Below are positions 1-11,510 of a DNA stretch of 11,510 bases, piece after piece. Under the pieces are notes generated by a model. The model ran no database searches and had not been told where the DNA came from. It saw only the letters and a list, made by a program, of their open reading frames with translations. How positions within the stretch are numbered: the first letter of the stretch is position 1; every line of letters begins with the position of its first letter. Source of the stretch: Azolla caroliniana (Eukaryota > Plantae > Polypodiophyta); assembly GCA_043228905.1 (NCBI GenBank), contig JBHGNT010001152.1, positions 1 through 11,510 of the forward strand, written 5' to 3'. The position numbers and the translations under genes are program-made.

Positions 1-1
1 A

Positions 2-1516
2 GTCTTGGGGTGGCTTGTAGAGCTTGAGCACATGCTCCTTCATCTGCCCCGGTGTCCACCCTTCCTTTCTCGCGCGGACGATCTCTGGGTAGCTATAGCC
101 GCAATCGAAATCAACGAGGCGCACATCGTCCGAGGTCACAAACTTGTGTCGCTTCTCATCCGGGGCGAGCCGGAATGGGGTGAGCTCCGTGGAGGCCACC
201 GATTGGGTGTCCGGGTAAAGAGTGAAGGTGCCCTCATGGTTGAGCTGCAATGCCGGTTCGGGGATCCACTCCCCGGGGTTGCAGTATTGCCACAGGGCCG
301 TGAGGCGGTCGATATTGGAATGGTGGAAGAAGAAGATGGGATCGAATGCCGCGAGCTCCGGGTATGTCATGTGTCCCCCCGCGCCCCCGAAGACACCATG
401 CACATAGTCATGCACTACCTCGAGCGATGAGTAATGCCCGAAGGCCTCACCATCTCCGTGTGTCTCCTCCGACCAGAAGTGGTTGCTAAAAGGCAGCCAT
501 TTCTTGTGCTGGAACATGGCATGCACACCTTCGATGAGCGCCGTCCCGGCATTGCGCATCAACGTGACATTCACCCCATCGTGGTTCGACACGTAGTCAG
601 GCGTGACATGCCGGACGGTCGGGTAACCCGCCGGGAGGTAAGGGAAGCCTTGAGGCGGCACCGCATAATTCGGGCGCGCACTAGGGTTGAAGACGTCGGA
701 CGATGCAAACGGCTTCCCGATGTCCCGAGGTGTCACGAACGCTTTGAGCGGGTTCGGGATCGAGGCGCGGCTGAATGATTTCCACGCATACATGAGTGCG
801 ATGTCTGTGGTGGTGAAAATGTCCGGGAGGCCAAGGATCCGGATGCAATTGCTCGCCCAATCGAGGTAAGGCAGCCGGAGGCTGTCGGCCATCGCCATCA
901 CCGCCTCCTTCTCTTTCGCGTCGCCGAGTGTGGACGCGAGAACCTTGGCTTGCCGGATGATGGATTGCTCCATGAGCATCATGTAAGGGCGGTGCCACGT
1001 CGGGAAGAGCGGGGTGCCGTGTTGGCAATAGCCGCCCCACCATTCATTGTTGAATGCATCCCACTCGTCTTGGTCTCCGTCGTAAGGTGCATGCGGGAGG
1101 CCATGGATCCCCGCGATTTGGTAATAGGACCACCGATCGTCGGGACCGAGGGCTTGCACAGCTGAATACGCGAGCAAGAACACGTCCCGCCTCATGTTGA
1201 GCCGGTCGATGCTATCGGCGGGTTTCGGATTGCCACCGCTATCAAGTGTGTGCGGGTAGAAGAAATCGAGCACATTCTCTCGGGGTATGGCTCGGGTGAT
1301 GTCCGGGAACGGCGAGCCGGGTAGGGTAGGTAGTGGGTATCGATAAATTAGGTGAGGGGATCGGTTGTCGGTGTAGGAGATGGGTTGTGTCCCCAACAAG
1401 GTCTTTGGGGTGTCGAGGGTGACACCTACGAACCGAGTTTCGACGAGAACTTGTTCTTCTTGTAAATGCACTTTAAGTAGTGAGTTTTCAACATCATGTG
1501 TCACTTCATTGCCCAT
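2..1516 (-). CDS. Tyrosinase (type-3 binuclear copper oxidase), fungal-type motifs; intronless in this window, 3'-partial (runs off the left edge)
   Basis: Manual translation from ATG at 1516 (context accATGG, in-frame TAG 9 nt upstream) gives 505 codons with no stop: MGNEVTHDVE...IPRENV...WSYYQIAGIHGLP...WGGYCQHGTPLFPTWHRPY...LRLPYLDWA...IPNPL...TVRH...FSNH...SSLEVVHDYVHGVFGGAGGHMTYPELAAFDPIFFFHHSNIDRLTALWQ...LTPF...GYSYPE...KLYKPPQD. CuA His138/166/175, CuB His369/373/399, Cys164-x-His166, YxY motif at 474-476. Confidence 0.95.
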   Translation of the reverse strand, partial: MGNEVTHDVENSLLKVHLQEEQVLVETRFVGVTLDTPKTLLGTQPISYTDNRSPHLIYRYPLPTLPGSPFPDITRAIPRENVLDFFYPHTLDSGGNPKPADSIDRLNMRRDVFLLAYSAVQALGPDDRWSYYQIAGIHGLPHAPYDGDQDEWDAFNNEWWGGYCQHGTPLFPTWHRPYMMLMEQSIIRQAKVLASTLGDAKEKEAVMAMADSLRLPYLDWASNCIRILGLPDIFTTTDIALMYAWKSFSRASIPNPLKAFVTPRDIGKPFASSDVFNPSARPNYAVPPQGFPYLPAGYPTVRHVTPDYVSNHDGVNVTLMRNAGTALIEGVHAMFQHKKWLPFSNHFWSEETHGDGEAFGHYSSLEVVHDYVHGVFGGAGGHMTYPELAAFDPIFFFHHSNIDRLTALWQYCNPGEWIPEPALQLNHEGTFTLYPDTQSVASTELTPFRLAPDEKRHKFVTSDDVRLVDFDCGYSYPEIVRARKEGWTPGQMKEHVLKLYKPPQD

Positions 1517-1540
1517 GGTCCACTAATGAAAGTAGGTTTT

Positions 1541-1560
1541 GTGTGTGTGTGTGTGTGTGT
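1541..1560. repeat. (GT)10 microsatellite, in the probable 5' UTR of the tyrosinase
   Basis: gtgtgtgtgtgtgtgtgtgt read directly, about 25 nt upstream of the ATG at 1516. Confidence 0.95.
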
Positions 1561-1687
1561 ACTATATACTATAGATTGATTGAATGGTCAAGAGTTCAAT
1601 TCCTTCCTAGGACACTATTGGGTGCTATTCGTGTGGCTTTGGCTTAGCTATTTGAAAATATAGTGTTTCAGGTCCAAAACCGTTGGC

Positions 1688-1697
1688 TTTTTATAGG
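1688..1697 (-). promoter_or_regulatory. Putative TATA box of the tyrosinase gene
   Basis: Minus strand reads CCTATAAAAA, about 170-180 nt upstream of the ATG, correct orientation. Confidence 0.5.
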
Positions 1698-1758
1698 CAT
1701 ATATTCCAATATACACTCTCTTGTAAGGAAATGATCAAAAAGGCTTGTCCTTTCATCA

Positions 1759-1788
1759 AGCACGTGCTGAATACAAAAAAAACGTGTC
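1759..1788. promoter_or_regulatory. G-box (CACGTG inside the palindrome AGCACGTGCT, 1759-1768) plus ABRE / T/G-box-like AACGTGTC (1781-1788)
   Basis: Motifs read directly, about 60-90 nt upstream of the putative TATA box. Function is inferred from known plant bZIP/bHLH sites. Confidence 0.4.
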
Positions 1789-2129
1789 TTTTAGGATATG
1801 CTTCAAAGTTCACACCATCATTGCCCATGTGTTTTTGTCTACTCTCCTACCAATGAGTCGTGACTCGTGACTCGTTACCACCATCTTTAGCCATATCTCC
1901 TAATCTCTAACATTTTGTAGATCTTGTAATGTCCTCCATAGATATCGAATCTCTCCATTTTCCAAGTTATAGCTATCACATTCTCTATTTTGAGTCTTAA
2001 CAGTGAGGTCTCCCATGAGGAATGCTTCCCCTAAATTTGAGGGTTGCATAATTTTCGAACACACGATAACACTATAGGGTAATTCAATTTCTTTTTCTAT
2101 TGGTTCATTCATTGTTGTCGTTTACTTTT

Positions 2130-2552
2130 GCATATTTTGATCCTTTGGGAAGGGAGTAACGTAGCACAATCTATAGGAGCTCGAGTTAGATCCATGTGTA
2201 TTTAGCCTCTACATCCCATTCCACTACATGTATGCCTAAATATAAGGCTCTTTAGAAGAGAATTGTGAACCCCCTATGCACTTAGTCTAATGATTTGTTG
2301 TATGCAACCAACCATAAAAAATACCCCATTATGGGTAGATATTTCTCTAGCCTTAGGTCTATCTCTCTAATGAGGAGAATATCTCACCCAAAGTGCTTCG
2401 TTGTTGTTCCAAATTGCAATGTGTAGCTTCGACTCTATTGTCTCACATGTCACGAATCCCGATTTAATGGCCTTAATGTTGATATCAACATTGTATGATC
2501 CGTGGCATACATTGTTTTCTATGGTCAATTTACATCTTCCTTTACTCCTCAT
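2130..2552 (-). mobile_element. Possible highly degenerate retroelement RNase H (RVT_3-like) relic
   Basis: Ordered motif remnants in broken frames: NNNEAL (2408-2391, cf. TNNEAEY), GGSQF (2274-2260, cf. GDSQL), PKDQN (2148-2134, cf. PREQN). Weak, by-eye similarity only. Confidence 0.25.
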
Positions 2553-2594
2553 CCAACTTGATAGTATGACTCATCGTCTTATTTCAATCACAAT

Positions 2595-2618
2595 AGAGAG
2601 AGAGGGGGAGAGAGAGAG
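2595..2618. repeat. Interrupted (AG)n microsatellite
   Basis: agagagagagggggagagagagag read directly. Confidence 0.8.
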
Positions 2619-4023
2619 CGAACAATTAGGCATCCCTAAGAGGTCCGCCAATAATAAGGGAATGTGTTTGTTTGTATGATGTATCTTATCAATGCATGTT
2701 CATACATGCATGTGTATGTCATGATTGTTTCCTTGTTCAAGTGCATGTATTTATGTGCTCCAACGTTAATTTTTCTCTCAATTTACATTACGGCAAAAAA
2801 CTTACAAATAGGAAGGATATTATGCTAAATATCTCTTGTATTAATCAAGGTTAACCATCACTCTTCTTGTAATCCACTAAATTTGTCTTTGTTCGTTCAC
2901 CATCATGTACTTCATTTTGTTGTTTGATTGGAGAAATATTTCACCATCATGTGACACAAGTAATTAAGGCTTGTTAAACATGATATCATAATATAAAATT
3001 CCGGACTAAATTTGAAAAATCCTAGTTCAATTTATGACATGCGTACTTTCTTGAATTGCCCTTAATTCCAAACATCCAAAAATAATTTTGTGCGCAAGCA
3101 TGGTATGCAACTTTTCAAAATAAATAATTTGTCAACACTAGGGTTTAGGGTCCACCAATGATCCATTTGGATTGTTAAACTGCTTTCAATATTTTATATG
3201 ATTTCTTCATTTGATTGTTTACCATAGTATTCCTTGACCTTTAGTGCCACAAATTTCCGAATTTGTGCAGATATCCAACATAAAACCCATTAAAATATCG
3301 TGTTTTTCTATCTCATGAACTCTTTAAAGTTGTGGAAGTGATCGACAACGAAACACATTCCTCTCACAAAATCAAACACAAGATGAATACTATTTGAAAC
3401 GCTTTGGAGAAGAAGTTTCATGTCATCTCATGCCAAAACCGCGACTTGGTCATGCATGCATTAAAAAACCCATGTTTGTTTAATACAACAATAGTTAAAT
3501 AAGTCTTTTTCTAGGACATCTACATCCATTGTATGTATGGCATGGGAGTCACGTCGCATATGAGATTAAGAGTTATACTGCTTCTGTGGAAAGCTCATAG
3601 AGCAGTATCCTTCCCTAGACCCAGGCCAATACATACACAAAACATCCACCACATATAAATGAATGTATGATTAAAGGTTCATCCACACAATGAGATGTCA
3701 TAATGGTCTCAACGCTCTTTCTTTATCTTGCACGAGTGTCTCCAATATAAGTCACTTTGTGAGGCATTTTCTATTACGCCTACATGATCAATGCCTCAAG
3801 GAATGGTTGCGTGCTTTCAAAAATGTTGGTCAATAATGTAGTAACATGTTTCGGGTAACAATATTCACGCGTGAGCTCACAAATTTTTATGTTTATTATT
3901 GGGCTATTATGATTATTTTCACTCAACAATACTCCCTCCATTTTTTTGTGTGGTCTTGGGGTGTGTACATGTGATTGACAACCTAGGGACACTTATGCAT
4001 ACACATGCACACTTTGTTTTAGC

Positions 4024-4028
<5 letters not shown>

Positions 4029-4055
<27 letters not shown>
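4029..4055. repeat. (CA)13 microsatellite
   Basis: Perfect CA run read directly, preceded by degenerate CA-rich sequence. Confidence 0.95.
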
Positions 4056-4739
4056 TTATAGTTAGCGAATATATTGTATATAGATTTTGGAAACCTCATA
4101 GTGAGGTGAAAACACACAATTAATATTTACAACATTTCACATTAGAAACATTTGAGAAATAGGACATGAATATGCTCACCGAAATCATGAGATATATGCC
4201 AAACATACAAGGATATTCAAAGGGAGAACCTAAATGACTAATATTATGGATTGGAAATTGGTTACTCAAAATTCTAGTCATTACAAAAAGTCTAGAGTAG
4301 CCAGATAGCCTAGTATTAGATCAATGCCAAAATGATGGTAAAGGGCACAAGGTTCCACATAAAAAATCTAAACTGACAAAAGTGATTACGAAATGGATGA
4401 GCACCAAAACATAAGTCACATGGCGGAGGTTGAGATCATAATGAAGCACTTTAGAAAGCCAACACAATTCATGTCTATCACATGAACGAAAACACTTGTA
4501 TCTTGCCTTTTGGTAATGCTCTTTTTATCATTTTTAGTTTTGTTTTGTTCCTTTTTTCTTAATATTTTTGTTCATATTTAGTTAAATTTATTTCTTTGTT
4601 TCTCCAACTTTTCTCTCTATATATATACATACACCCACATCCACATCCACACCCTCTCCTATTTCTCTCTTCTCTATCTAGCTCCATGGGCACTCTACTT
4701 CACATTAAATGGAAGGAAAACTCCTACACTACACTATAT

Positions 4740-6950
4740 GTCATATTCCCTTGAATTTACTTCAAATTGTCTTCCATAGAAATGCTCACAAGAGATGCAC
4801 ACATTCATATTGAGGTCGATTCTAAAGAAAATGTGATGGAATGGCATTCTACAGGGTCAATCCTTCCATGTTAATGTCTAGATTTCTATTTATCAAATGT
4901 CATTTTCCAATTTGCTCTAGGATTTTCATGAGTGTATGGTTGAATTCAATTAATCGTTGGTAGTGCGTTGTTGTGGTTAAAACATGCTTTATAGAATATA
5001 CAAGCCACATGACCTTGTTTCTTCTTTGTATATTGCAATCGAAAATATTCTACCATTTATGTTTGATTTCACATACATTACAAGGCCGTCAACGACTTTC
5101 TCTTTTTTTGAAACGCTGACATGGGTACGAACAAGGACACGATCATAAACAATCTAGTTTCCCACTATTTTCACAACATTCTTATTTATTGTTTTGTTAT
5201 TGTAAAACATTGCATTAAGAAAAGAATATTGAATTTAAATTTAAACAATTCACCGACTAGAATCTCCTTACATGGTCTAAGAAAAATATATACCTTTTAG
5301 AATGTATTTTTGTATATACTAACAAGTTACAACATGATACTCAAGTAGAGGACAAACATCCTATATTATAGCTAGCAACATGTTGATTATTAATGTATCA
5401 TTTTAGTCTATTAGAATGTGTTTTTCACATTCCTAATGTGTTGGACTTGCTAGTCTCTATACCATTTTGTCAACAATAATATTTAAATCCATTCTAATTA
5501 CTTCAATCTTATGAAACATCTATTAACTTACATTTGATCTTGGTGTGTTCTTGAAAAGATCCTACAAGCCCTTACATTTGAGCATTATACAAGCAGTTAT
5601 CCGTAATATGCACCCAAAATAATGTTAACACATTGAACTTGATGCCAATTTGGCGATGTCCCCCTGAGAACCTACGAGCATGTGACATTTGAGAACTTGC
5701 CACCTTGATTCCATTGATATTGACCAGCCAAAATAATCAGAACATGTTGATTATAAACACACCCTTTGTTTAAGGTAGAAATGCACCAATACGTTGATTC
5801 CCATTGTTAGTTTTGTCATCTTGAACATCTAAGCATCATTTTCTCTATCTCCTCATCACCGTAATGATTTCTCATAATAATAATGAACAATTATTAATCA
5901 TCATTTCTCCCAATTTATTTAGAGGTTCATAGGAACTCGACTTATGTGACTGAATCAACTCTAAGCCAACTCTAATATAACCTTAAATTTTGATATTAAC
6001 CAAAGAGATAAACATTCAAACAAAGATTCCAAAGATTTCCTACATCTCATTAGACATAAGTGTGATAAGGACATTGTCTGACAATTATTGTTGCACATCA
6101 TGCATGAAGTGGATGAGACTAATTATCCACCACAACATCACCATCATTTGAGTTGATATTTTCTCATTGGTTCGACTACATTTCCATATTTCAACTCCTT
6201 AATAGGAAACGGGGTTGATAAATGTATGGTTGTTGCATACCTTAGTCCTTAATTTGGATCCTCTTATATCTAGCCATTGAATCCTAGTTGACGATCTCAA
6301 TGAGTGTATGCAACTCGATTTTGACTAGAACTATTATTTTACTTGCATTGTAGTTTGTATGTAGCTCTTTCTTGAAGAGAATTAGTATCCCTTACGTTAA
6401 GGCTTTGGATGTACTCGAGCCCATCATTGTTCCACTACCATTGACAACTCAGCCATCATGAAAAGTTATCACCTTTCATCTGTGATCATAACACACATAA
6501 GAAGTAATGGAAGGAATGATGATAGCATCATATGCCATTTCATCTATCAAACATGGATGGCCTTATGTATCTCTCTACAAAATAATCGTAGACATTGTAT
6601 TTGAGCATATCCATAATACACAGTAGTACATAATGTTCCCCATGATAAAGCCTTATATGGAACAAGTTCTTGTACCTTTATGACCTTTTCAACACTAGTT
6701 CTCTGAATTTGAACTATATCTTACAAATCCCACATTCAACAAAATAGAAAGTAGACCTTGTAGAGGTGGGTAATATCTTTCAAGAGTTGGAGTTTGGACC
6801 TCATATATATCTATTAGCAAGAGTTTGTTCGACCTTGGTCTCTTGTCAAACTAAATATATACTCGATGTGTAGAACAAAATACTCTTTGTAAAATGGCAT
6901 GCTTTGCACATTCCATGAGAAATTATTCTCCACTTTAGAACGTGGTAACA
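4740..6950 (-). mobile_element. Decayed hAT-superfamily (DUF659 + dimerisation domain type) DNA transposase fossil; boundaries approximate
   Basis: Colinear motif remnants on the minus strand: ENNFSWNVQSMPFYKE (6930-6883), KVQELVPYKALSWGTLCT (within 6690-6601), INVLVH (5798-5781), VQ..ITDN (ITDN 5607-5596), YINNQHVA (5397-5374), LRPC..RF (5281-5260), DPVE (4858-4847), frameshifted C-S-A-S-S-C-E..W..FE (about 4805-4760). Many stops and indels; no TIRs identified. Confidence 0.5.
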
Positions 6951-7323
6951 TTCTACATGTTCCGTCAAATTTTGAGTTATGCAATGAAAGAAGTAAATAA
7001 ATATCCTAAAAAGATAAGACAGAATATTAATTTTCAAATTTTGAACAATTGTTAAAATAGCCAACCTGTTGAGCTTTACATTTATCAATTAATAATTGTT
7101 TGCCAAGAGATTGAATAGCTTTGGAACATTTTCAAACATTATTATTAGGATAAGTGTACAGTAAAACGCAAGTTGCCATGAGATAAGGTGTAGGAGATTT
7201 GATTGACATTGATTATCATATTGACGAGAAACTTTAGTAGCACAATAGTACTAGAAATGATTACAAAAATGATGGCACATGTCCCATTGCTTCCTAAGTT
7301 TGAGTGATATGGATTCTGGAATG

Positions 7324-7515
7324 CTCTTTCCAAAGTTTGTGGTAAAGACTCACATGGTTGTATTCTTAATCTTTCCCAAGCAAGAAATATATGACCGCTC
7401 TTTCCAAAGTTTGTGTTAAAGACTCGCATTGTTGTATTCTTAATCTTTCCCAAGCAAGAAATATACGGCCACTCTTTCCAAAGTTTGTGTTAAAGACTCG
7501 CATTGTTGTATTCTT
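7324..7515. repeat. 74-bp tandem repeat, about 2.6 copies
   Basis: Units start at 7324, 7398 and 7472 (ctctttccaaagtttgtg.taaagactc.cat.gttgtattctt aatctttcccaagcaagaaatata...). Copies 1 and 2 differ at 6 of 74 sites; the 44-bp third copy is identical to copy 2. Confidence 0.95.
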
Positions 7516-7862
7516 GATATTTGACCATTCTTGCACGTAGTTTACATCGTTATGCAATCATGTATATCTCAATATGAAGCAATATCCCAGAATCTTCAGT
7601 TGTTTACATGCCCAATGCTCTATAGCTTGTTCATCTCATGTCGATACATCTCTTGTCCTTGTCCCTTGCTAAGATAGTTAGTTGTTCACATGGGTAATGG
7701 TCATTAGGCTGCCACAACATTGTTTTGGAGAGCCAACATATCAATGCATGATGCCTAGTTTTATATACCCATATACTCACATTTCCAATGAAAAAAAACA
7801 CCTGATACATAGTTCCTATACTTCCTTTTTTACATTTTTCCCCTTCACAATAGGAGCTAGAT

Positions 7863-11434
<3,572 letters not shown>

Positions 11435-11510
11435 CTGCTCCTTTTCTTTCTTTCTTTCTTTCTTGTCTCTTGCCTTTCTTCTTTCGGTAATCTTCTCTCC
11501 TCCAAGCCCT

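Noticed and set aside
5-1165. Plus-strand ORFs (5..430, 222..407, 434..778, 687..869, 950..1165) and the off-frame minus ORF 681..1043
   Set aside because: Shadows of the GC-rich tyrosinase CDS; no recognisable motifs.
1169-1192. RRDVFLLA resembles the twin-arginine motif (RRDVLLG) of plant PPO thylakoid-transfer domains
   Set aside because: It lies after the conserved core Arg79, inside the first helix of the catalytic domain, with no following hydrophobic stretch; likely coincidence.
3139-3150. TAGGGTTTAGGG telomere-like / telo-box motif
   Set aside because: Fewer than two full units and far from any start site; not a telomeric array.
1900-4123. Short intergenic ORFs of 60-92 aa
   Set aside because: AT-rich, low-complexity or microsatellite-derived, with no domain or splice support.
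7324-7515. CRISPR-like appearance (44-bp repeats with 30-bp gaps)
   Set aside because: The gaps are near-identical to each other, so it is a simple tandem repeat, and the context is eukaryotic.
7145-7557. ORFs 7145..7453 and 7366..7557 with repeated peptides
   Set aside because: Products of the 74-bp repeat read in shifting frames; no coding evidence.
7520-7640. Possible BED zinc-finger remnant of the hAT fossil
   Set aside because: Similarity too weak to support by eye, so it was left outside the element boundaries.

Overview
AT-rich eukaryotic (land plant) genomic DNA with two minus-strand genes. (1) 11434..7863: a complete 7-exon calcium-dependent protein kinase (CDPK/CPK, 512 aa, group I exon pattern 610/144/153/116/168/225/123 nt, four canonical EF-hands, MGNC acylation start). 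(2) 1516..<2: an uninterrupted GC-rich ORF of at least 505 codons. The ORF track misses it because its stop lies outside the window. It encodes a type-3 copper tyrosinase whose motifs are fungal-type (SYYQIAGIHGLP, GGYCQH, LFPTWHRPY, LRLPYLDWA, SLEVVHDYVH, GHM...AAFDPIFFFHHSNIDRL, LTPF, GYSYPE) rather than plant PPO-type (no HCAYC, no plastid transit peptide). A fungal-like tyrosinase beside a typical plant CDPK, with plant-style promoter motifs, is the main finding and a candidate horizontally acquired gene; this needs phylogenetic testing. The 6.3 kb intergenic region holds a heavily decayed hAT/DUF659-type transposase fossil, a 74-bp tandem repeat, a possible RNase H relic and microsatellites. 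All translations and family assignments were made by eye; no database search was run.
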